From positions 45,403-109,402 of the forward strand of contig CAWVLT010000044.1 of NCBI GenBank assembly GCA_963930185.1: a stretch of 64,000 bases of DNA, written 5' to 3'. The translations under genes and the position numbers were made by a program. The stretch comes from Coriobacteriia bacterium (lineage in GTDB: Bacteria > Actinomycetota > Coriobacteriia > Coriobacteriales > UMGS124). Below, in pieces: positions 45,114 through 54,242 of the stretch. Every line of letters starts with the position of its first letter. Within the stretch, counting starts at the first letter, position 1. The notes beneath the pieces were generated by a model. The model ran no database searches. It saw only the letters and a list, made by a program, of their open reading frames with translations, and had not been told where the DNA came from.

Positions 45114-46385
45114 ATGGGGCGAATGGGCAGGACCGGGACGAGCGTGTCATTGACAGGGTCGATAGCTGATCGGCGTCGTGGTACGGCCATGGTTCTCTGC
45201 GTGGCTTTGGTTTTTGTGCTCTGCCTGCCAGTTTTAGGGTGCGGCGGAGCGGGCGGTGCATCGCAGGCGTCGGCGCAGGCGGGGGAGCAGACACAGGGTG
45301 CCTCGCCCGCCTGGTATGCCTCGATACCGCAGGACGTGCCCGTCGTCGACTTTCGCTCTGACCCCGAGAGCCCCGGCTCCACCGAGAACTTCCGAGCGGC
45401 ACAGGAGCAGCTCGAGGAGCTGGTTCGCGCCTTCACGCCCAGGGTCTACGTCATCGGCCTCGATTTCTCCTGGGACTATCTGGATACCTCGCTGTTCTGG
45501 GTGAAGTCGTGGTCTGATGACATCACCTATGACTACGATCCCGACGATGCCTACAACTCGACCTACCATGGCATGGTTGAGTTCGAGTACAATTGCGCGT
45601 CCGAGGACGTGCCCGGCATGCAGGCCCAGATAGACGCCGTCGCCGGCGAGATTCTCTCGCTGATCCCCGAAGGGGCCGACGACTGGACCCGGGCGCTCTA
45701 CATCCACGACGAGCTGGTGCGTCGCGTGACCTATGACCCCCAGGTCAAGGCCGATGAGGCGGCACCGGGCAGTTTGCACTGTCGCGATATCTACGGCGCC
45801 CTGGTTGAGGGCAACGCCGTGTGCGTGGGGTACGCCTACGCGTTTGACTACCTCTGCCGGCAGGCGGGCGTCCTTGTCGACCTGATGCTTACTGATGACA
45901 TGGTGCACATCTACACGGCGTTTGCCGTCGAGCAGCAGGATGCCTGGTCGTGGTGCTACGTCGACCCCACGTGGTCTGACTTCGACGAGGCGGACGTGTA
46001 TGGCAACGCCTACGTTGACCACAGCTACTTTGGCATATCGGAGGAGGAGATCGAGAGCTACGGCTCCCATGACATTGCCATGAGCGGCCATGGCGGCTTC
46101 GACCCCTCCCTCAACTGGTACGTTCGCACGAACAACTACCTGTACGATGCCAGCTACGAGTCGATTCTCGCGGCGTTTGGCCGGCAGTACGCAAACGGCG
46201 GCAACTACCTCGAGATCCGCCTGGACACCGACGAGCTTCACCAGCAGGCCCGCGACTTCCTGTTTGGCAACGACTACGCAGGCCTCAACTCGATCCTGAC
46301 CGACCTGGGGTACTTTGGGCAGTATATCTATCGGTACAACGACACGGCGAACACCATCGGCGTGGGGATCAACGCGCCGGTGTAG
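45114..46385 (+). CDS. transglutaminase-like (Cys-His-Asp) lipoprotein / putative cysteine peptidase
   Basis: Lipobox LPVLGC. Transglutaminase core GNAVCVGYAYAFDYLCRQAGV (Cys), MVHIYTAF (His), CYVDPTW (Asp). Confidence 0.75.
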   Translation: MGRMGRTGTSVSLTGSIADRRRGTAMVLCVALVFVLCLPVLGCGGAGGASQASAQAGEQTQGASPAWYASIPQDVPVVDFRSDPESPGSTENFRAAQEQLEELVRAFTPRVYVIGLDFSWDYLDTSLFWVKSWSDDITYDYDPDDAYNSTYHGMVEFEYNCASEDVPGMQAQIDAVAGEILSLIPEGADDWTRALYIHDELVRRVTYDPQVKADEAAPGSLHCRDIYGALVEGNAVCVGYAYAFDYLCRQAGVLVDLMLTDDMVHIYTAFAVEQQDAWSWCYVDPTWSDFDEADVYGNAYVDHSYFGISEEEIESYGSHDIAMSGHGGFDPSLNWYVRTNNYLYDASYESILAAFGRQYANGGNYLEIRLDTDELHQQARDFLFGNDYAGLNSILTDLGYFGQYIYRYNDTANTIGVGINAPV

Positions 46386-46500
46386 CGGTGATGTCGGCCA
46401 TGATTTGGTGTGTGTCGATGGGGCGTTAGGACGACATCAGCGGATATGCTTTTGAGGGGGAGTGGCTGGCTTGCTTCGAGGAGGAGAGGCGAGAGGGAAG

Positions 46501-47283
46501 ATGCCTCACATGTCGACGAATCTCAAGAAGGCCTTCGCCTCCGATTTTGACGGCACGCTGCACTTCGCGCGGCGCACGCCGTCGATTGACCCCGCCGCCG
46601 TTACGGCGATCCGGCAGTTCCAGGACTCGGGAGGCCTGTTTGGCCTGTGCACCGGAAGGCCCTACCGGGCGCTGCTTCCTCTCATCGACGGTCTCATCCA
46701 CCCGGACTTCTACATCACCAGCAGCGGCGCGTGCGTGCTCGACGCCGCGGGGGCGATCCTGACGGAGCAGTGCATCTCCTTTGAGGTGGCTGCCCAGGTC
46801 TTTGAGTTTGGCGAGTCAGCGGGGCTGCCGCACATGCTCCACGTGGACGGTACCTACTACATGCTCGCCAGCGATCCCGAGCTGGGGATTCCCGTCTCGC
46901 TTGTCCGCGACTTTTCCGAGCTGGCCCGCCTGCCCATTCACGACATCAGCTTCATGACGCGTAACGAGGTCGAAGCCGAGCACATGACCGCCGAGATCAA
47001 CGGGCGGTTTGGCCACGGCGTGGCGGCGTTTCGCAACAAGAGAGCCATCGACGTGGTTCCCGCGGGCTGTAGCAAGGGGGTCGGCTGCGGCGTGATCCGG
47101 CGGCACTTTGGCGCGGACACGCTGTTTGGCATGGGGGATTCCGCCAACGACCTGCCTCTGGTTGAGGCGGCTGACTACTCGTACACGTTTGCAGGGGCGC
47201 CCGAGGCGCTGCGCGCGGCGGCGAACAGGATCGTGTCCACGATTTGCGATGCGCTTGAGGACGCGACGGAGAGGGATGCGTGA
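46501..47283 (+). CDS. HAD-IIB (Cof-type) phosphatase
   Basis: Motif I FASDFDGTL and motif IV GMGDSANDLPLVEAAD. The alternative start is ATG 46510. Confidence 0.85.
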   Translation: MPHMSTNLKKAFASDFDGTLHFARRTPSIDPAAVTAIRQFQDSGGLFGLCTGRPYRALLPLIDGLIHPDFYITSSGACVLDAAGAILTEQCISFEVAAQVFEFGESAGLPHMLHVDGTYYMLASDPELGIPVSLVRDFSELARLPIHDISFMTRNEVEAEHMTAEINGRFGHGVAAFRNKRAIDVVPAGCSKGVGCGVIRRHFGADTLFGMGDSANDLPLVEAADYSYTFAGAPEALRAAANRIVSTICDALEDATERDA

Positions 47284-47284
47284 G

Positions 47285-47833
47285 ATGGCCCAGCATGTTG
47301 TCGTGGTCGACCATTCCCCGGCATGGGAGACGATGTTCGAGGCGGAGGCTCGGGCCATTCGCGACATCCTGGGGGAGAACTGCGTGGCGGTGCACCACAT
47401 CGGCAGCACCTCGGTGCCAGGCCTTGCAGCAAAGCCCATCATCGACATCATGCCGGTGGTGAGGGACATCGCCCTGGTTGATGCCAAGCGGGCGGAGTTC
47501 GAGCGCCTCGGGTACGAGTATCTCGGCGAGTTCGGCATTCCCGGCAGGCGCTACCTGCGCAAGGGAGGGGACGAGCGCACGCATCAGATGCATGTGTTCG
47601 CGCAGTCGAGCACCCGTGACATCGAACGTCACCTTGCGGTGCGCGATTACCTGCGCGGCCATCCGCAGATCGCCCGCCAATACGGTGAGCTCAAGAAGGT
47701 GCTAGCGCAGGCGCATCCATACGACATCGAGGCCTACTGCGACGGCAAGGATGCCTTCGTGAAGGCCATGGAGGCGGATGCGCTTGCGTGGGCAGCGGGG
47801 CGCCGGGCGGGCCGGCTCCACGATCTTCCGTAG
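47285..47833 (+). CDS. GrpB-family protein (nucleotidyltransferase-like)
   Basis: HIGSTSVPGLAAKPIIDIMPVV, LGYEYLGEFGIPGRRYLRKG, HMHVF and DYLRGHP are the GrpB hallmarks. The start lies 2 nt after the HAD stop. Confidence 0.85.
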   Translation: MAQHVVVVDHSPAWETMFEAEARAIRDILGENCVAVHHIGSTSVPGLAAKPIIDIMPVVRDIALVDAKRAEFERLGYEYLGEFGIPGRRYLRKGGDERTHQMHVFAQSSTRDIERHLAVRDYLRGHPQIARQYGELKKVLAQAHPYDIEAYCDGKDAFVKAMEADALAWAAGRRAGRLHDLP

Positions 47834-47857
47834 CGCGAGGTCGCGCAGGCCGGCGGC

Positions 47858-48079
47858 CTACGCCTTCAGGCAGGGCGGGGTCTTCTCCTCGGGCATGTTG
47901 CCAAAGAGGAACTCGTCTTCATCCTCTGGGGTCATACGGCAGATGTCACGGTTGATCTCGACGCCCTCGACCGTGTCGAGATGCTCCATGAAGCGGCACT
48001 TGTCGCAGCCATCATCATAGGCAAACGGCCAGTAGTGCTTGCCGATCTTTACGCCGTCCTTGTCCATTTTGACCGTCAT
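47858..48079 (-). CDS. small Cys-containing hypothetical protein (73 aa)
   Basis: ATG 48079 is preceded by GGAGAGGGA. No recognisable family. Confidence 0.35.
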   Translation of the reverse strand: MTVKMDKDGVKIGKHYWPFAYDDGCDKCRFMEHLDTVEGVEINRDICRMTPEDEDEFLFGNMPEEKTPPCLKA

Positions 48080-48512
48080 GGCCTGTCCCTCTCCGGTAAG
48101 CGAGCGCTCTATTTGGGGTGTATCGTAACATGGGGGAGACACATTCATGTGCGGGAAGGCCTTTGCATGTTGTCTTATGTATTGGCGAAACTTTCATATG
48201 TATTAGCGCAAGGGAGAAAACGAATGTCATATTCATGTGAGACCGCCCGTAAAGTACTGGCGATTGGAGGGCGGATAACGAGGGAATAGTGTTGAGCTTG
48301 CTATTGCGGGGGACGATGTGACTGAGGATGCTTACTATTTGATTGTCTCGCCATCGATACATTGGCGTGTGGGTTGAAATGTGGATTCTCACTATGAACG
48401 GCTGAAGGCAGCGCATTCCATCTGGATATGCATGGATCCCCCAAAGAAGTACCGTGGCACCATGTTGTGATGGCCGGCAAGCGGAGGGGTCGTATGTGAT
48501 GAGAAAGGGCAT

Positions 48513-48896
48513 GTGTTCGGCAGGTCGCTTATGCACATCGCGATGGTGTGCGTCGATCTGCCGGGTGCGCCTGGATTGCCCGGCTTTCTCGGGACGCTCT
48601 TTGCTCCCGATCTTTCGCCCGATGACAAAATCGATTTGCTTGCTAGTGCGTACAATGTAAGGAACCAGGATAACCGTGAATCCCTAGCGGAAAGGACGGA
48701 GGCCATGGGTGCATTCGGCGAGGTTCTCGAGCGTCGCAGCGAGGCAAAGGGTAAGCTGGAGGGGCTCTGCCTCTCTGCGCGCCGCCTGATGGACAACCTG
48801 GGTTACACGCTCGACCAAGCTCTGGACTTTCTCGGGGTTACGGGCGAGGAACGCAAGGGCTGCGAGGAGCTTGTCCGTCAGGCGGAAAAGGGGTAG
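48513..48896 (+). pseudogene. C-terminal fragment of an Rpn-family (YhgA-like, PD-(D/E)xK) recombination-promoting nuclease / putative transposase
   Basis: LFAPDLSPDDKIDLL...AMGAFGEVLERRSEAKGKLEGL...LGYTLDQALDFLGVTGEE resembles the conserved tail of Rpn proteins. Upstream (about 48330-48512) only broken-frame traces are visible. Recalled similarity, not searched. Confidence 0.4.
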
Positions 48897-48977
48897 GGGT
48901 GCCTGGGGTGGATTGGCCGACGCTGTTGCGGTGGACGCTCTCCTGACAGGCCTTCTGCATCCCCCTTTCTTCCAAGA

Positions 48978-50063
48978 CTACAAGAACGACTCAGCAACAT
49001 AGAGCATCTGAGCTCCCTCGTCCCATAACATGACAAGCTCGCTGCCGTCGGCCTGCGTATCTCGGTGGTAAGCGCACCCACCATAGTCGGGGCGGACTTG
49101 GGCAGGCACTCCGATCTCGTCCAGCCACGTCTCGACGTCTTTGGCCACATCCGATGCCTTGCCTTGCTCGCCGGTCTTTTCGGCCGCCTTGTCCGCATGC
49201 ACCCAGAGGAGCATCGTGCGTATGGGGTCTGCATCGGCGTAGGAGTATACGTGGTAGCGTATGCCGTCCCCGTGGAAGCTCGCCCCCGAGTCCTGCTCGT
49301 GCTCCTCGGTGAGGAGCGCCTCTGCCGGCAGAGCGACTCCCCAATTTGCTTGGAGGACACGCGAGTAGGCGGGTGCCTGGGCCTGCTCGAGAGAGGCACT
49401 CCAGCGCTCGAGCGTATCGGAGACGGGCGCATACGAGATGGCTAGACAGGCGATGGCGCCCATACACGCCAGCCCGGTCCAGGTGGCATACCGAGGCTGG
49501 TGACGCAGAGCGAGCCGTACGACGCTGCCGATCCCGATGCCGGCGAGGGAGACCGCCGTCCCGATCAAGATCGCCCCAATATCGGGGACGTTGAGCTTGT
49601 CGAACGTCAGCATGTTGGCGAGGCTGAACGTGCTATATCCGGCCAGCATGTAGGTGGCGCCGAGGACGGGCGCGACGGCCCACTTCCACCTGCCCCAGTA
49701 GTCTCGCTTGCCGATGACGAGCGAGACCACGAACGTCGTGACGGGCAGGAGCAGCCCGAGGAACATGATGCTGTAGCCCATGGCGTCCGAGGCTGCCCCG
49801 AACGCCCAGAAGGCGACGAGCGCGATGGCCCAGACGAGCGAGTAGGCAACGATCAGGATGGACCTGACCAAGCGATCGCGGCTTCTCACGGCGTCCGTGC
49901 TCTCTGCAAGGCATGCGAGGTACGGGGAAAGGTCCGGGGAGGAGCTCGAGGCGGTCAACTCGGTCTTGGTTGTGTTGGCCTGCCCGTGTCCCGTCGTTCC
50001 CTCGTGCGCCTGTTCGTCGCGGCAAGGTTCGCCCGTGTCTCTGATCTTGGTGCCGATGTCCAT
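48978..50063 (-). CDS. membrane protein of unknown function (several TM segments plus a soluble C-terminal domain)
   Basis: Long ORF with hydrophobic segments (LVRSILIVAYSLVWAIALVAFWAF, MFLGLLLPVTTFVVSLVI and others). No family recognised. Confidence 0.55.
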   Translation of the reverse strand: MDIGTKIRDTGEPCRDEQAHEGTTGHGQANTTKTELTASSSSPDLSPYLACLAESTDAVRSRDRLVRSILIVAYSLVWAIALVAFWAFGAASDAMGYSIMFLGLLLPVTTFVVSLVIGKRDYWGRWKWAVAPVLGATYMLAGYSTFSLANMLTFDKLNVPDIGAILIGTAVSLAGIGIGSVVRLALRHQPRYATWTGLACMGAIACLAISYAPVSDTLERWSASLEQAQAPAYSRVLQANWGVALPAEALLTEEHEQDSGASFHGDGIRYHVYSYADADPIRTMLLWVHADKAAEKTGEQGKASDVAKDVETWLDEIGVPAQVRPDYGGCAYHRDTQADGSELVMLWDEGAQMLYVAESFL

Positions 50064-50245
50064 GGCCTTGCCCCCTTGGCTGCCTTGCAGGGCTGGAATG
50101 GCTCAATCATAGCCGGTTGCGGCCCGGCTGTCTGTCAAATGGGTTGTACCCCTCGGGCACCCTGCCCAACATGGGTTGCAGGTAAATACCGACACTGACA
50201 AGAACGGCTGTCCCCTACGTTTTGTAGGGCCCCTTTTCCTGAGAG

Positions 50246-50274
50246 CGTGGGGTCTTGCAAAACCCCACGTTTTT
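50246..50274 (+). terminator. orphan intrinsic terminator-like hairpin in the leader of the reductase gene
   Basis: CGTGGGGT - CTTGCAAA - ACCCCACG followed by TTTTT. There is no plus-strand gene upstream, and it lies about 150 nt before ATG 50427. Confidence 0.5.
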
Positions 50275-50426
50275 GATCTGAAACCTTATGCCAACGATGC
50301 GTATCGTCAAAGACGTCGTGCCGCACGTGCCGAGCACGGTGCTGCGAGGTTTGCCGGTAATCAGGTACCTCGTGGTGGAGATCGATGGACTCTAACGTTA
50401 CGAACCGTCAGTAGAAGGGAAGCGCC

Positions 50427-52088
50427 ATGAGCCACAACGCATACTCCAATCCCATAACCGACCTCCAGTCCCGTCGCTCGTTCATCAAGAACGCTGGGTT
50501 TGCGGGCGCAGCGTCTGTCGGAGCGCTTGCCACTGTTGGATCCGCCCTGGCGGACGAGCCTGCCGCCGGCTCGTCTTCTTCTGGTGGCGCTTCCAGCGAT
50601 ATTGCGTGGGACGAGGAGTTTGACTTCGTTATCATCGGCGCTGGCATCGCCGGTGCTTCCGCTGCGGTGACCGTGGCGACCGAGGGCGACGGCGCCACCT
50701 GCCTGCTTGCCGAGAAGATGGAGACCCCCATGGGCAACACCCCCTACAGCGACGGCAGCGTGCTGTTTGGATACGATGCCGACGCGTTCTACGCGTACAT
50801 GAAGGAGATGGCGGGCGAGCACGCCACTACGCCCGATGACGTGCTGCGCGTTTACTCCGATGCGGCCTGCCAACTCAAGGAATGGATCTTCGACGATCTC
50901 GGCGCCGACTGGGAGACTTCTGGTACCTCCGAGCCCACCACGGCTGAGGACTTCGCCGACAATGCTTCTACCGAGTATCCAGAGTACGAGCACAGCTACT
51001 CGGTGGGCAAGATCCGCATCGGCAAGGGCGAGGGTGCTCCCGAGGATGGCCCCAAGCATATAATCCAGTTCCTCAACGGCCTTATCGAGCAGCACGCTGA
51101 CGTCATTGACTTCCGTTGCGACTTCCCCATGACCGAGCTCATCCGCAACTGGGAGACCGGTCGCGTGGAGGGCGCGGTCATCGGCGGTAAGAACATCAAG
51201 GCCAACAAGGGCGTCATCATGTGCTGCGGCGGATTTGAGACAGATCCTGTCATGATGGAGAACTACCTAGGCGCGGGCTCGGCCATCCCGGGCGCCGGCG
51301 TTGGCAACACCGGAGATGGTCACAGGGCGTGCATGAAGATCGGTGCCGACTTCTGGCACATGGAGCATGTGGCTGGCTTCTGGATGGTTGGCCGCGATCT
51401 GGAGAACACCAAGTCCGCCAACCTGCCTACCGGCAAGTCGGGCAAGAAGTACGGCATCACCGTGGGCGTCAGCGGCAGGCGCTACTACATGGACGTTGAC
51501 TCGTTCCGCGAGGCACTGAACACCGAATATCTTGGCGATATCCGTCTGAGCGTGGGTTCGCGTCACGGCCATGCCAATCTCGGCGGAGACTGGCCGCATG
51601 CCCAGCAGCCGCGCAAGGCGTGGTTTATCTTTGACCAAGCAGGGTTGGAGGCTGGGGCCATCTCGCCCGACTATTCCACCGACCCTGTTGCCGATGGTCT
51701 GGCCTACAGCGCCGATACCATCGAGGCGCTGGCCGAGATGATCGACGTCCCGACTGACGAGCTTGTCTCCACCGTGGAGGTGTGGAACGGCTTCTGCGCC
51801 GATGGCCACGACGCGGCGTTCTTCCGTCCGGCTGACACACTTACGCCCATCTCCACCCCGCCGTTCTACGCGCAGCTGTGCGCGCCGGCGTTCCTCAACA
51901 CCGACGGCGGTCCCGTGCGCAACGCAAAGGGCGAGATCCTCGACCCCGACGGCAACCCCATTCCCGGCCTGTACTCCGCAGGCGAATTTGGCTCCATCTG
52001 GTGCGGCGGCTACAATGGTGGCGGCAACCTGACCGAGGGCCTGGTCTTTGGTCGTATCGCCGTCCAGAGCGCCCTGGCCCAGGCATAA
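50427..52088 (+). CDS. Tat-signal FAD-dependent reductase (FAD_binding_2)
   Basis: Leader ...DLQSRRSFIKNAGFAGAASVGALATVGSALA; FDFVIIGAGIAGASAA; C-terminal IPGLYSAGEFGS. Confidence 0.85.
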   Translation: MSHNAYSNPITDLQSRRSFIKNAGFAGAASVGALATVGSALADEPAAGSSSSGGASSDIAWDEEFDFVIIGAGIAGASAAVTVATEGDGATCLLAEKMETPMGNTPYSDGSVLFGYDADAFYAYMKEMAGEHATTPDDVLRVYSDAACQLKEWIFDDLGADWETSGTSEPTTAEDFADNASTEYPEYEHSYSVGKIRIGKGEGAPEDGPKHIIQFLNGLIEQHADVIDFRCDFPMTELIRNWETGRVEGAVIGGKNIKANKGVIMCCGGFETDPVMMENYLGAGSAIPGAGVGNTGDGHRACMKIGADFWHMEHVAGFWMVGRDLENTKSANLPTGKSGKKYGITVGVSGRRYYMDVDSFREALNTEYLGDIRLSVGSRHGHANLGGDWPHAQQPRKAWFIFDQAGLEAGAISPDYSTDPVADGLAYSADTIEALAEMIDVPTDELVSTVEVWNGFCADGHDAAFFRPADTLTPISTPPFYAQLCAPAFLNTDGGPVRNAKGEILDPDGNPIPGLYSAGEFGSIWCGGYNGGGNLTEGLVFGRIAVQSALAQA

Positions 52089-52206
52089 GAGACGCCTACC
52101 TGCGCGGTTGAGGCCGCGCGGCGACGATGCCGACGTGGGCACAGGTGGTGCATGCGAGCACATGGCACAGTGACCTAGCCGCAGTCGTTTACGGTAGCTA
52201 TCGGGA

Positions 52207-52245
52207 CGCCTCGCGCCGGCTTTCGGGCTGGTGCGAGGCGCTTTT
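52207..52245 (+). terminator. intrinsic terminator after the reductase gene
   Basis: CGCCTCGC ... GCGAGGCG stem followed by CTTTTG. Confidence 0.6.
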
Positions 52246-52281
52246 GTGAATGGGTGATGTGCGACGCCGCCGCTCGATCGG

Positions 52282-53871
52282 CTAGCGAGGAGGCTCCCTC
52301 ATCAGGTCGATGAGTTCCTGCTTGGAGTGAATGTCCATCTTGGCGTAGAGAGCCCGCATGTATCCGCGCACGGTGTTTTGCGAGAGCGAGAACTCGCGGG
52401 CGATGTACGCTGCCGTGCGCCCCTCGGCGAGCAGCAGGGCAACCTCGGCCTCGCGGGCCGTGAGACCAAAGGCGTCTCGTAGGTGATGTAGGCGGGCGTC
52501 CTGGTGGGATGCCGTCTCTCGCGGGAAAATGCCGTCGGGCGATGTCGGGTCTTTCTCATCGTTGACGTCGGCGCTTGACGAGGCGCCGGGCCCAGATGCG
52601 TCGGGCGTGCTGGTTCCTGACCGCATCGGGCAGCCCTGCGCCGCCTGCCGTGGCATCGTGGGGAGCACGTTGATGCCGGCGAACAGGGGCCTGAGCCTAG
52701 GTATGTCGCTCGATAGCACAAGCGCCGTGCTGCCGATGAGCATGAAGAGCAGAAGCGCGATGAGCACGGTGCTGCCCGTGGTCTCTCCCTGGGCGAACCG
52801 CAGTACGAGCAGTCTGCCAAACGAGCGAAATGACAAGTGCAAAAACCACACGGCCGCCAAGGCGAAGAAGACCGACCCTTTGCGGTGCCGGCCGAAATCG
52901 ATCACCGACACCCACATGAACGCGACGCGATAGAGGTTGACGACGGCGATGATGGTGGCGCCGATCAGAGTTGCGGCTTCGTTGAATGTGGCAAGTAGAA
53001 GGATGCTGAGCGCAAGCGCGACGAGTATGGCCCACCAGATCGTTGACATGCGGTATCGCTTGCCTCGGGCTAGCACGAGCCATATGGTGAGGACCGACAG
53101 CGCGATGAGCGTGACGAACTGGGTTGCCTGCAGCCCGGCTCCGATGTGGATGGACGTGCCGAACGGAAACCCGCGCGACACTCCGATGACGAAGCTCGAT
53201 AGCGCCACGCCCACGAGCAGGCGCACGAGCGAAGAGCGGGGCTCGTCGCGATAGGCATCATCCTCTGGCTCGGGGATTGCCTGGGAGGGGACGGGTACGC
53301 CTGTCCGGGATTCGAGGATCTTCGCGGAGCGGAGGAGCATCATGAACGCGACGACGGGCAGGAACATGCTTGCGAGCAGGGCGATGTTGCTGGGAACGAG
53401 CCCCATGGGGACGCCGAGGATTGCCGAGAGCGCAAGCGAGACAAAGCCATAGAAGAACGCCTCGCGCGCGGCCATGCGCATGTAGACGTGCATCCACATG
53501 CCGCCAACCCATGCTAGCCCCGTGCCCGAGCAGATGGCCGCCGCAAGCATGAGGCCCAGGTCGGGGTAGCTTTCCTGTAGGAAGAAGAGAAACGTCCCCA
53601 GCGTCATGACGCCGACCGAGACCCACCCGAGCGCCCTTTGGAACTTGAGGGTGAACAGGCCTGCCAGAACGATCCCCACGAGAACGATGATGTAGGCGCT
53701 GCGCGACAGGTCGATCATGACGGTGGACATGCCTGCGTCCACCCACACGTAGCGCGCATAGGATACGCACTGCAGCCACAGCAGCAATATGCCGGTGCCC
53801 AGAAAGGACATGGCAAAGCGGCCAGGACATATTTTCTCGAGCGTCTTTCGCGCGCACTGCATGGGCATCAT
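52282..53871 (-). CDS. polytopic membrane LuxR-type regulator
   Basis: Hydrophobic body followed by FGLTAREAEVALLLAEGRTAAYIAREFSLSQNTVRGYMRALYAKMDIHSKQEL. The start is ambiguous (ATG 53871, 53868, 53862 or TTG 53886). Confidence 0.8.
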   Translation of the reverse strand: MMPMQCARKTLEKICPGRFAMSFLGTGILLLWLQCVSYARYVWVDAGMSTVMIDLSRSAYIIVLVGIVLAGLFTLKFQRALGWVSVGVMTLGTFLFFLQESYPDLGLMLAAAICSGTGLAWVGGMWMHVYMRMAAREAFFYGFVSLALSAILGVPMGLVPSNIALLASMFLPVVAFMMLLRSAKILESRTGVPVPSQAIPEPEDDAYRDEPRSSLVRLLVGVALSSFVIGVSRGFPFGTSIHIGAGLQATQFVTLIALSVLTIWLVLARGKRYRMSTIWWAILVALALSILLLATFNEAATLIGATIIAVVNLYRVAFMWVSVIDFGRHRKGSVFFALAAVWFLHLSFRSFGRLLVLRFAQGETTGSTVLIALLLFMLIGSTALVLSSDIPRLRPLFAGINVLPTMPRQAAQGCPMRSGTSTPDASGPGASSSADVNDEKDPTSPDGIFPRETASHQDARLHHLRDAFGLTAREAEVALLLAEGRTAAYIAREFSLSQNTVRGYMRALYAKMDIHSKQELIDLMREPPR

Positions 53872-54242
53872 CGTCTCTGCTCGCAACCGCCTCGATGCTT
53901 AACAGTAACCATCATATACCTGATTGGTTGGGCTGCAAAAGCGATGGTACACCTAGGTTGTTGAGGCTGGCGCGGTTTGCCCGGGCTTTGCCTCTGGGGT
54001 TTGGCGCATACGCATTTGGCGGGGTCAGGCGATTCGGGGGTGCTGGCCTTCTTGCAAATTCAATGGGCCGGGCGGGGCGGTATCTTCGTTTGCTTATAAC
54101 AGCAAGCGGGGAGTATCTGGCAAACAGCCCTATGAGCTGTAGGTAGCTAATGGGGCGCTCGGAAGACCAAATTGATCTTGCCGAGCGCCTCATGGTAGCG
54201 TCCCTTAATTAGCAAAAGCACCACTGATGATGCATAGATCAC

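Noticed and set aside
48181-48215. Short imperfect direct repeat ATGTATTGGCGAAAC / ATGTATTAGCGCAAG as a regulatory iteron
   Set aside because: There are only two imperfect copies in a degraded AT-richer patch, which is too little evidence for a functional call. It is mentioned only in the context of the Rpn remnant.
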